A stretch of 62,826 nucleotides of DNA, the filler included, from Choristocarpus tenellus KU-1152 (Eukaryota; Protista; Phaeophyceae): assembly GCA_964200185.2 (NCBI GenBank). It is 10 parts of 10 records of this genome, joined end to end, with 100 filler letters (N's around TTAATTAATTAA, not from the genome) between each part and the next. Parts side by side here need not be neighbours in the genome. Positions count along the whole stretch, not along the records: positions 24,804 to 30,575 come from CAXNAD020009789.1; positions 30,676 to 44,403 come from CAXNAD020001391.1; 8 more parts are not named here. The stretch is one strand, 5' to 3'. The notes below the pieces were generated by a model, which had not been told where the DNA came from, did not search any database, and was given only the letters and a program-made list of their open reading frames with translations. Positions 26,270 through 38,747 of the stretch are shown in pieces. Position 1 is the stretch's first letter. Each line of letters starts with the position of its first letter. The translations under genes and the position numbers were made by a program.

Positions 26270-27244
26270 AGCACAACTGTTACAGCACGCGGTGAGTTCT
26301 GGGACACGCTGTAACGCAACCCCTTAACTTATGAATAATAAGTTCCCTTCGATGGAAATACGGAAGGAGTCGTATCGTTGTCCCTCCTCTCTCTCCTCTG
26401 GTGCAGTGTGTCCAACCCCTCCAAAACGCATTAGAGGAAGGGAAAGGGCATATTAATGTTACAACAGCTCATCACCAATTTCTGGTGGTGCCAAATTAAA
26501 TGCTGGTCCAAATTTCCAGTTTGAATGGAAAATGTTGGAGAGGAAGATCATAATATTAACAACTATATACACCCCACCAGAAGAATTCGTCAAGAGAGAT
26601 ACGATTGTGGACACAGCGTCTTAATATGCTAAGGACGCTCTACATCGACGTGATTCCATTAGCCTTACATTTAAAGTTTGAAATTGGGACCCTTTGAACC
26701 TTTTGACAAAATATTTGACATGAGTTTGACAGATGAGATGGATATTCAGATGTGAAGTGTGAGTGACCTATTTTACATCTTCAACATTTTTTTTGGTCTT
26801 ATTTTAGCCATCTCCCCAACTACAGAAATTCCCCGATCTCTGTTAATCACCACGTATTAAGTTAAAGTAATAAGGAGATGTATTAAATTTTGTGGTATTC
26901 ATTATATTGTGTTCCTTATCAGTGTAATAGTGAGTTATTGAAAGTTGTGGTTTCAGTTTTTTCTTTGTTGTAGCAAGTGTGTAGGGGGATAATAACCTGA
27001 TGATCATTTGGCAACCTCGAGAAAGAAATATATTTTTCATCCTTCTGTAATTCTATTTAAATTTGGAGTGCGTGACAGTATCTCAAAAGGAGGTGATAAT
27101 TGTATTATTGACCACATATCATATTATATCCTTAACTTGGCATCAACATTGTGCATACTTATCCGCTCTCCCCCAAACACCGCAACCACACATTACAATC
27201 TGTTCTAGTCGTACCTACACAGTAGTGTTGACCTTGGTGACTAG

Positions 27245-29868
27245 GGAACGAGGCCAGCCTTTAGTGCTTGGATGGAGGAAGCCGACGAACGAAAGTGGCG
27301 TGAGGAGGAAGAGGAAGCAGGGGTTGTCCGTCCAGGTTTTGAGGGCAGTCCACGAAGAGGGGGACAGTTGGTGTGGAGACCTGGTTACACAGTAAAGACA
27401 CCCACTGCTTCGAAACGAAATCAGGTTGGAAAAGGTTTTGTGCATGACACCCTCTGTTCGCACTGCATTCATTCTCGAATACTGTCGTATGGTATCACAG
27501 AATCAAGGTTGGGGTGTTCTCGAGTCTCTACGTATCCTTGAACCTTGAATGGTTGAAGACAACGAAGCGGTGGGACAAGCTACACTAAGAAAGCCTGCAT
27601 GTTCAAGTTAACAGTCATACCCTATTATCCCTCAGGTAATTCGTGGGCAGGAAGCCTATAGAAAAGCGGAGCAGAAACTCCAAGAACTACGGTCACACAG
27701 GTCAGACATTTATGTTCAAATAGCGTCGATTGAAGTTTTTCACCTTTTAATTTATGTTGGAAACGTCCAAGCCTTGAAAATCGTCTAAGGCCTTGAAATC
27801 AGGAGGTGAACGAAGTAGATTTGAACGCACGTGAGCACGGATAGATTAAGCGATATGCTGCATGACAAGTCCTTCATTCATTGGTATCTCTGTATACTGC
27901 ACAGTTCATTACCTTGAACTAGGATCAGACGATCTCCTTCAAACTTGCTGTTTCTTCGAGATATGAGCCAATGTATCTTATAGGGTAGAGCCGCGTCCAT
28001 TTGGGGACCAAAATTCAATGTTGCGATTTTGATGAAATTTTAATTATCGTATTTGTTAGAAAGTGTCAATATCTATGTTTGTTTGCAGACACACCTTTTC
28101 ATAACATACACATTTCACCTGTTCCTAAACATTTTGCAGTAGGAAAATGCCACTAAAAAAAACGTGGGAAGCCAAGCCCCAAATGGACAACCAGGCAAAT
28201 CTCGTACACTCTAAGATACTTTCACTCTATCTCAGGCGACCCACAGTCCCCCAAGGTGGTGAACGACTGGTTGAGTTCGACTACGGCCAGAAATCTTCTC
28301 ATCAGTCTTTGAATATCAAAGAATTGAGGAATGCAAGGATGGCAAGAGTGAAGGCAGCTGAACGAGAGAAGACTGCCAGAAGGTGCTTTTTTGGATTATC
28401 TCCCTCTAAACAAACTTATCTGAACTGTGAGATGTCCCATATGGAATGAGGACAACGAGACAAGCTCCTGTTTCAACGTACCAACAACAGTTGTCTTGAG
28501 ACTAGAGCGTACCTACAATAGTCAAGCATCTATAATAATAACGATTGGTAGATACTACTTCGGAGTATGTAGTATCAGTTATGCTACAAATGAGTCTTGA
28601 CCGAAATTTTTCTTTTTTTCTTTCCAGAAATATGTAAGCAGTGTCTTCTTTTGTCATACTCTCTTGTCCGTGATGATCATGTTAACAAACTGACCTCTTA
28701 TGCATTTTCTTGTGGAAAATACAATAGTTGGTATGTACAAGAGAGTCAAAGTATCTTAGAGGGTAGAGCCGTGTCCATTTGGGGCCCAAAGTCAAATGTT
28801 GCGATCTTGATGTAATTTTGGGTATCGTGTTTGTTAGGAAGTGTCGATATCCTTTTTCTGGACACATCTTTTCATAATGTATACATTTTACCCACTCTGA
28901 AATTTCAGAGCAGGTAAAATGTCAAAACCGTGGGAAGCCAAGCCCCAAACCAACACACAGGTCAAAAATCGTACCCTCTAAGATACTTTCACTCAGAGGT
29001 GTCCCCAACACCTCTTACTCTTTCTACCTAGCCAAACATTTTTTTTTTACTGTAGTACCCATACTCCCACATTTCGAAGTTATTAGTTCGTCAATATATT
29101 CTGCATGCTGCAGTGCAGCACAGACATACGCACCACAATCTGCCAATGAACAAAATTGCGTATCACTTGAGTGTGACCACTTGCCATTAGTGCGAAACTG
29201 CTGAGTTCGAGATGCAGCCATTACAGCTTGAGAAAAAAAATGCCCCTGAACGTTTATGGTCCCCCCTTATCGACCTGGAAAACTTTTACCTGCTTCAGCT
29301 ATCTCCTAGCACATAAGTTGCTCCATTACACTTTGCTCTATGCATTTTTCCTTTCAAAATGCTAACTGCTATTTTTGACTTGAAATTTCCTTTGGTTGCA
29401 TGAAAAAGAGAGGAGTCTGCTCGCCTTGAGCAGGAGTAAAGGAATGCCCCCGTGCAACGGAGACTTGAAAGAGCCCGCAGGTGTGAACTTGGCCTTACAG
29501 AGATGGAAGGACTTGGCTTGTTGTATTATAGTTGGTGTACTGGAGCTTACACAAATGGCTTGTGCAATTATTGGTCCTCATCAGTCTCAGACTGTGCTTG
29601 TGTGTGATCAGGAAACATTGCAAAAATTGTAGTCAAAGGTTGACTACAAACGTCTCTCAGAGTGTTATATCAATTGAAGGTGTTGTCCTAGGTATAATAC
29701 ATACTATAATGTGTGGATTTGCTATATGCTACATATTCAAGAGTCTATGATCTAATTTGTAAGGACAGAGTCAAGGTGCATGTCTAATCATGATGGATGG
29801 TTTCTTGTGGCAGGGCGGCTGAAAAGCAAGAAGCAAAGCAGAGGAGCTTGGCAGCAGAGCAAAAAGAG
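27245..29868 (+). CDS. Hypothetical charged coiled-coil protein, partial
   Basis: Exons 27245(or ATG 27272)-27424, 27636-27700, 28236-28382, 29814-29868 join in phases 0,2,2 with no stops and canonical GT/AG. Confidence 0.72.
27965..28227 (+). mobile_element. MITE family A, full length, TSD TAT
   Basis: tat|gagccaatgtatcttatagggtag...ctctaagatactttcactc|tat. Confidence 0.92.
28743..28994 (+). mobile_element. MITE family A, full length, TSD AGA
   Basis: aga|gagtcaaagtatcttagagggta...taccctctaagatactttcactc|aga (23-bp TIR, 1 mismatch). Confidence 0.93.
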
Positions 29869-30002
29869 GTAGGCAGGTAGGTAGGTTCACTCCAGGATTG
29901 AAGTACATGGAATGTTAGCACTACAATATAATATTATACTTTGAATTGAAGTGCTGATGCCTGGACAAAATATGCCAAAATAGAGAAAAATACATTTCGT
30001 AC

Positions 30003-30264
30003 AAGTCAAAGTATCTTAGGGTTAGGGTAGGGCCGTGTCCATTTGGGGGCCAAAATCCAATGTTGCAATATTGATGTAATTTTTGGTATTGTGTTTGTTA
30101 GGAAGTATCAATATCCTTGTTCCGAACACACCTTTTGATAACGTATACATCTTACCTACTCCGAAACATTTTGGAGTAGGAAAATGTAATAAAAAAAACA
30201 TAGGAAGCCAAGCCCCAAATAGACAAAAAGGGCAAACCTCGTACACTCTAAGATACTTTCATTC
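30003..30264 (+). mobile_element. MITE family A, full length, TSD TAC, left TIR with (TTAGGG)2
   Basis: tac|aagtcaaagtatcttagggttagggtag...ctctaagatactttcattc|tac. Confidence 0.92.
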
Positions 30265-30489
30265 TACATGTACATATGTGGAAACCCTCTTTGTCCTACT
30301 TAAAGAGGAGCCTTCTTGTACGTCAAAGTTGAGGGGATACAGGAAATCATGGTGATTGACACTAGTAGGGTGTACAAATTTTGGACACATAATTAGAGGC
30401 ATGGGAAGAGCATCAATGTATGTGTGTACAAACTATGTGACTCATGCCTTCCCATATACAAGTATATATATATGTACATAAGCATATGA

Positions 30490-30524
30490 GACCCGAAGTA
30501 TCTGGGGGGGGGGGGGGGGGGGGG
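30490..30524 (+). mobile_element. MITE family B left TIR plus G-run near contig end
   Basis: gacccgaagtatctggggg... Confidence 0.75.
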
Positions 30525-30675
30525 AAGGAGGGAGGAAAAGAAAGCATCGGTCTCGCGGGAGAGTAAAAAAGAAAANNNNNNNNNNNNNNNNNNNNNNNNN
30601 NNNNNNNNNNNNNNNNNNNTTAATTAATTAANNNNNNNNNNNNNNNNNNNNNNNNNNNNNNNNNNNNNNNNNNNN

Positions 30676-30716
30676 CCAAATGGACATCCGCCACCCCCTC
30701 CCAGATACTTTGAGCC
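30676..30716 (+). mobile_element. MITE family B right end at contig start
   Basis: aaatggaca..cgccaccccctcccagatactttgagcc. Confidence 0.85.
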
Positions 30717-31966
30717 CACTACCTCCACCCCGTTTAGCTCCCTGACCCGTGGTCAGATGGCTTTGCACACTGCACCATTTCTTCTACCCTACAAACTACC
30801 TATTGTGCTGCAACTTGTTGCACTGCCTCCCGGGGTATGCCTTGATAATTTTTCTTGCACTTTGTGGGTTCAGCTGTCCCCACTGCTCGTCGCCCCCTTC
30901 CTTCTGCGAATCTGGTGTGTACTCCCTCTGTCCACTATGATTTTTCGCTACCATCATCCAGATCTTCACTTACGTCCTTTTCTGCGTTTTACCTACGATA
31001 GGAAGGTACAGGTGTGCCTTCCCACTACATTTGCCACGGTGCCAAATTTCCTGTGAAGAAAACATGACCCTTAGCAAACTGGGGTTCGAACCCAAGGGCT
31101 TGCTTGACAAGATGTGGTCGGACAACCACCTGATGATTTACCTGAACAAGCTCAATACTTCTAGCATAATCAAAATATCATCAACGAAGAGGAGAAAAAA
31201 AATGTGAAGTCAACTGGATGGACGAATGGAAATAGAATACTTCTTGGTTCTGCAACGTTGTTCATTCTCGCAGGTGAGTGGTCATGGTGGTGGTGTCATT
31301 TTAGCAGGCTAGAATCTCTTCAATACCCGAATTTGTTTAACGAAAAGTCTGTTTTTGATGATGTAATTACATGTGGTAAGGACAACGGATTGGCGGTCCT
31401 AGACTACCCTATGTGTGCTGTACCACAAAAACTACCAGACAAAGATCAAGATTGAAAAACTTAGGGGTGAGAAGTGGGAGTGTTGAACCCAATGTGTGAG
31501 AAGGTAGGAATTGAGAGAGTACAAATCAGTGAATTTCCGTATTATTAATAGTGTGAAAAGTATTTTGAAGTATCTATCTCTATGAATGAAATGTTGGACT
31601 AATACTCTGTAATAAAAAATACATTTTGTACGTACGTGTACGACTCTACTACTACTACTACTACCACCACCATTTCTAATATTATTAAACGTGAACAAGC
31701 TTAGGGTTAGGGCTATTTTAAGTGTCGATGGGATTAGGCTATCACCTGCACCCTGTTGGTTGGCTGTGTGAGGTGGGAAGGAAGGGAAAGCGGTGCAAAC
31801 GATAGCGCCAAATACGATATCTTGGTTGTTAACGTGCAGTACAGTAGTTTTTCTGTCCACTTATTTGCATACGCAACTTTAGGTCTGGGGGCGGCGGGGA
31901 AAGCGCCGCCCCTCTGCTGGAGACAGCATCGAAGGGCTAGGATCAAATAACTCGGAGTGCTTGGGT

Positions 31967-34900
31967 ATGGGTAAGTATTCCCTTTTGTATCTTTGATGGG
32001 GAATAGACTGGGAGTCACTTACGGATAGCTTTGTGTCTTATTTTTTTCTAGGTGCAGGACAGGTATTCATCCTATTATTCGTGTTCAGGTTTGAAGATAG
32101 GAGTGGGGAGAGGGACTTTGACCTGATATTGGGTTCTCTTGAAGATCAATCAGGTGTAGTGCTACTGGCAAGTAGTCTAGATTCTGATTCCGTCCTGATG
32201 GCACGTCGTAGTAACTGGACACCCTACGAGGGGTGTGCCACAACAAGGCACCTCCTATGGAATTCTGATGTCCTGATTGCACATCGCCTACCTACCCTTT
32301 ACTTCCACTTCAAATTGGTATCAGACGACCTTGGAGGAACCTCGCCGCTTCAGCTACTGCAAGATGACTTTGGGTCTACGGATCAGGAGATCCGACTTAA
32401 AGCAATAAAACGTGTCAAACTGGTTGCTGACGTCCTGGGACCCGAAGTTACAAGAAGGGAACTTATCCCGTTCATCAACAGTGAGTGCTGGTGATACTAT
32501 ATCCCCGTGTCCACTCGTTAAGGTTGCTTTACTTTTGCGCCTGCTCCTTGTGCGAAGCGAAAGAGGTAAAGGTAAAATCCAAGCAGTTCGTCTTTCGAAT
32601 TGAGGGTACTTCCTATCCGGACAAAGTGACTGTCTTTCGCAGAATTTTGCTGTTCATTGGTCCATGTATCCTCTCTAAGTCCGGAAGAGGAACAGTTGGT
32701 TTGTAGGTTTAGGATGGTGGTAAGCTTGGCAATATTGATCAAGTGCTACGTGCTTGTGGGTGCCACACCAGTTTGGACCCGTAACATATTGAAGTTTTGG
32801 ATGATCTACCGTGTCAGCAAAGATATGAGTTCCTGATGTGTGTCTTTTTTAAACACGTGTTCGGTGGCGTTCATATGAACAGGTAAACTGTGTCGTAGCC
32901 CCTTTTATGATCCTTTTATCTGAGATCTTGTATGGTTACTGATGATCATGTCCTGTTGAATTGATGTATTCTAGTCTCTTCACCTTGATGGTAACAGCAC
33001 GTGCTTGGATTTTTCCATGTGATACTGTTGCAGCTATCTCGGAGGATGATGACGAAATTCTTTTGGCTCTTGCCGAAGCCCTTGGACAATTAGTTCCGGC
33101 AGTAGGAGGACCTGCTCATGCTATCCTGTTGTTGTCAAGGTGAGTGGTGGTCATTTTCGATGTTCCGATGATGGCTTGTCATGTGGATTGCCTTAATCAT
33201 GATGGCAGTAGGATCGAGTTGACTTGGAGAAGATTTTGCACGATTAATACATGTATGTTCCATCTTGATATTTTTCTTGTGGAGTGATCAAATGGTCTTC
33301 CTTTGTGTATTTTATTTTTCTTGATGGTGCATTGATTACATTGATTACATTATATTGCATACCAGTGCATAATAGAGAGATCCTCTTTATTACATTGTAC
33401 TGAACGAATTACGCACTTAACAGTACTTCTGTATATTTGTTTGGTGCCCATATTGCTAATATTCTTGCTCATACCCCTTCTTGAGCGCTCAATCTGCAGC
33501 CTGTGATTTCATTGCTCTATGAAGGAGTATGAGATGTATTGGTTAGAGAGTTTGAAATGTATTGATTAAAGAATTAACACTTTTTTGAATGTTATGAATT
33601 AAAAGTCAATTATGCTATTCACTCTTGTATTTGGCGGCTCCACTATTTTTGGTTAGTAGTGGAGTTTATTAGTCTTTGTGTGGTTTAATGGTGATAGTGA
33701 ATATAAATGAGGATTATTGACAATTCAAGATAAATAGCGCAAGGTTGAACACACCTTTATTTCCTGTGCATCATATTGAATTTTTTAGTAACAAGCAGTA
33801 ATGGTATGCACTGATCTGTGTATTGTCTAGAAGATGGTGCTGGTACTTTCTCAAGCATCTTGAGGGTCACTTATTCCACCTAATACACCTAATACACCTA
33901 ATACACCTAATACAGCACAGTTTTTGTTGTTGACAATAGTAAATTGAAGGGGTAGGGTTTGAGCTTCTGAGGGGTGAGGATGATGTCTTTGGAATCTGCT
34001 GACTGTGGGTATGACTTGTTATTGACTTGATATTGACTTGTTCGAGAATTCTCCAACATTGCTTTAGTAGTCTCATTCAGGGAGTTCAGGTTTGTTGCTA
34101 CTAGTGGTTGCTATGGCTGTGACTAACGTGCCGTCCACACCATTCTGGTGCAGAGCATGATCCACCAGACATTTAATTGTTTGCTAAACAAGACATTTAA
34201 TTGTTTGCTAATCAATGCATGTGTTGCCCTTTTGTGTGGTGCACTTCAAATGTAAAGTGACTGGATCGATGGGTGTTGCATGGAAATGAATTGTTTTGAA
34301 AATCCAGATGCATCCTGTTTGGTGAAATCCTGTTTGGTGAAAGTTCACATCAGTTCAATGATGACATCTGCAAAGGGACGCAAACTACCTCAGTTCAATG
34401 ATGACATTTAAAGGTTCCTGATGAACTTACCATTTGATACATGCCAAGGGTCACCCTTGTGGGGCCCCCACATAGACTTATCCTGTCAGCCTCAGCAACA
34501 GCGTCTTGAAATCAACTTTCCTTCATGGTGATCTCCTAAATTATTGATTTGCCATAATGGCCCTTCACTGCTATTATTATATTATTTGTGATAGTCAATA
34601 TGCGCTAGTGTAATGGTCCCTTCACTGCTTGTGACAGCACCAACTTTGTGCAGTTCAATTTTCTCAGTGTATATATGTTGTATATATGTTGCTGGTGTAC
34701 CAGCATCATCAAATACATGTATTTTATTTTATTGTAAGCTGAGGAGCATTCATTAAACGTTGCCATCTTGATACCAATTGGATCAAATATTGTCAATTTT
34801 GGTGTTTGATAATGTAATTGGGTCAAATTGACTAGCTGCTAGCACATTTATGATGTTATTTAGGAAGTGCAATGTGGAAAGTGTTTGGTCTAGTTTGGTG

Positions 34901-37900
34901 CTTTATGCACTCTCATCTGTTGTCAAAAGTGTGGTATTTTGATGTGTACTATATATATTGCAGTCTTGTGTTGTACTATGGTAATTTGGAATTTTGTTGC
35001 TCCTTATCCCGTTACAACATTTTTTTTCTTTCATACTATGTTATGGGCTATGCATGGGTTGCACATGCTCTTTATGTCAATAATTATAATAGCCTGGAGA
35101 ACTTGGCAGCAACAGAGGAGACTGTGGTGCGTCAAAAGGCTGTGGAGTCTACATGTACAGTGATTAATCTCATGGAGGGAGGACAAGAAGAGGTGATTGT
35201 TGTTAGAGCTTAATGGCCCTTGACACATCCCTTACTTGAGGTCTTTTGAGTTGTGCAGTTGCCATGCGAAACTAAATTGTGTAAATAATAAATAATAAAA
35301 TAATAAATAATTAAATAGAAATAATTAAATAATTAAATAGTAAATAATTAAATAATAATTAAATAAATAGTAAATAATAAAATAGTAAATAATTAAATAG
35401 TAAATAATTAAATAGTAAATAATTAAATAGTAAATAATTAAACAATAAACAATTAAATAGTAAATAATTAAATAATAAACAATTAAATAATAAATAATTA
35501 AATAGTAAATAACTAGCCTGTTTTTTTTGTTATGACTTTACTACCTGTGATCTGTCAACTTACACCATTGCTCCTACCTCATTGCTTGAACATTACACAA
35601 GACAAATGACACTGTAAAATTTAATAATTTTGACAATACAGGGACACTGTATTAAATGCTCATTTCTACATTTAGTATGTTTGTATAGCTTAAGAGTTCT
35701 CAAGACATTTCTGGGTTGTTGGGAATGTTGTTAAGTTGTATGATTGCATGATTGCATGATATGTAGGTTGCATGTAGTAAGTGGTCATATTTGCCAGTTC
35801 TGTCTGAAGTAACTTTGGGTATGGATTGGATGAATTGGATGTCATTGCGTGACAGATAGAAGATTGATTTGTAAGGCTATTGGGCTATTGAGCCTGGCCT
35901 TGTATATGTTAAATTTATATGTATTAAAATTAAATATGTATTAAAGGTGTATGTATATGGATGTGGAGGATTGCTACCTTGCAGTGTGGTATGGTATGTA
36001 TGTATGTATGGTATGTATGTATGGTATGCATATATGCATGTACAGGAGGAACTAGTATTGTAAATTGTAACAATTGGTGAACATTTAGTGACCATTTAGT
36101 GACATTTGGGAGCCTATGCCTGTTAAGGGCTGTAAACTTTGATGGAGTTGGAGGTTTTGATGTTGATATGGATGGGTAGGGAAAGGTTGGCCATGGATGG
36201 TTGCAAATTATATCACTTGTTGAGAATGGTTTTGGTTTTGATTACAGCAAGAAATTTTTGAGCAGTGCACAAGTTGTGTTTCGAAAGCCCTCTATCTGAG
36301 CTGAAAATTGTGGTTAAGCTGCTTGAATATGACTCATCGTGTTGATTTGATAAAATGAGATATGTCCCGCCCAATTCCAGAAAAATGAAATGATCTATTG
36401 AGCCCTAGTCTCAGTGTAATTGTACTCAGTAATAATGATTTTAGTTGTAATAAAACTTTTTAGTTATAGTATATAATCAACATTTTCAATATTTTAATCA
36501 TTTTCATTATTTTGTGTGTATACTGTGAGCAATTGAGTAGTTAACATGTATTAATAGTATGTAGTTTGTACATACAGAAATGATGTCGCACGTTTTTTTC
36601 AATATTCATGTGAAATCTAGGATTGGTACAAAATTGTGTCATTAATATAGAGGAAACACTCACAAGCACAGTATAGTCATTTTAAGAGTGTACAGCAACT
36701 CAGTTGTCATATTTTTATATTATGGGTAGGGTTAGGGTTATATTTAGTGGACTTATTTTATTCTACTACTACTACTACTATCAAAGTATGCTTCAAATAA
36801 CCAACAACATAGAGCATCAATCACTGCATGTACTTCCAATGGTTCCTGGCATGATAGGGGATATTGATATTGAGTTTGTACCCATTCTCAAGTTTGTTTG
36901 CTACAATGCACTTTAAACCCTTCCATTGTGTCATGCGTGCATTAACTCTTCAACAGGAAGAGCATGCTACTAGTAGTCTGTACTGTAGTAGACCTGAAGA
37001 GCGTTTTTTTAAAGTAGTGGTTGAATGTAAGGGTTCAAAAATGTGTCCCCTATGTGACTAGTTTCAACTATGTGACTAGTTTCAACTATGTGACTAGTTT
37101 CAACTATGTGACTAGTTTCAACTATGTGACTGCTAGACACTCGAGTCATTAGAGAGTAGAAATGTGGGTAGTTCCTAATCATATTTTATTGCAAATGCAG
37201 AGGATGGCAGTCACATAGTTGAAACTACTTGTGAATGGTGTTAGTAAATGTTGTTTGCAGTATAATAATGAACTGAGAGTAGTTAAGATGGTTTGGAGGC
37301 CGCTCTTTCTTTTGCTTCTTGGTTATGATCAAATTGCTCTTTCTTTTGCACCATCTCACCATCTAATTATCTCACTGTAATTTTATCGACCATGGGAGGA
37401 ACTCAAGTCATGGCATACACCACCCAGAGGCAGAATGCAGAATGTTAGATGTTAGATTTTAGATTTTAGATGTTAGATGTTAGATGTTAGTCATGGCATA
37501 TACGTGATATATACATAGGTGTGTGTCATCCTAGTACACTTAGGCGGTGATGCCCATAATTGATAATCCGTGGTGACAACTGGTGTTTAACTTTACTTTT
37601 TGTCACAATTTTTTTCATTTTTAAATTTCTGTGTTCATGCTTTGTCTCACCATGTTGCTGCAACTTTAGGTAGCAAGCATTGTGAGGCGCCTCAGTACAG
37701 GGGACTGGTTTACTTCGAAAGTCTCTGCTTGTGGTATGTACTCATCAGCCTATAAACACGTATTGGACCCCGAACAACGTGCACAGCTCCGAAATAAGGT
37801 AAGAGGAAGAGACAACAGATGCAATGCAATGCAATGGACTAATACATAATTTTATTTTCTGTGTAGTATAATTCCATTGCTTTAGAGATAACACCTTGGA

Positions 37901-38603
37901 CTACTTGATTACAGTATTGATTACAGTATTGATTACAGTATTGATGAGCTGGACTGCTAATGCACGCAACAGCAGATCACCCATCTTGAGCTGATGTGTG
38001 ATGATAATATTAACATATGGTAGGGCATGTTTTATTTGATTAATGTAGTAATGATATGCCAGTCCTTCCATCATGAGTTAAGTCCTGATGAGAGTATTGT
38101 AAACATAGATTGTAATCAAAGATTGTTTTTCTTCATTGATTAGATTATGAATATAATTGAGATTGAAAATCTAGGTGTTAGATTAGAGTGCTATTTTTAA
38201 TGAAACATACCCACGTTGGGTGCACTGCTGGATATTCCTCATGATGCCTTTTCTCATGCTGCCCTGTGGTGTTTGGTGGTTGGATGGGCTTGCTTGGTGT
38301 GGTGTGGAGATATTTTGACTTGTGGAGATATTTTGACGTGTGGAGATATTTTGACTTGTGGAGATATTTTGAAGAGTTTGATTCTTATCGAGTAGAAGCA
38401 CAACACAAGCAACACTACTAACACTAATTTATTAAGCTATTTTAATCTATATTACAAAGTAATTATCTACTAAATTTGTACTCCTACTCCTACTCCTACT
38501 CCTCCTCCTCCTCCTACTACTACTACTACTCCTACTCCTACTCCTACTCCTACTCCTACTCCTACTCCTCCTCCTCCTCCTCCTCCTCCTCCTCCTCCTC
38601 CTC

Positions 38604-38676
<73 letters not shown>

Positions 38677-38708
38677 CACTACTACTACTACTACCACTAC
38701 TACTACTA

Positions 38709-38747
<39 letters not shown>

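Noticed and set aside
30022-30355. Recurrent short ORFs such as CLLGSINILVP (also 15494, 9876, 28597)
   Set aside because: Chance frames inside MITE copies, with stops at different positions between copies
32033-32324. Long N-terminal extension of PP2A-A from the ORF track
   Set aside because: Lies in the intron between ATGG|GTAAGT and the acceptor at 32324
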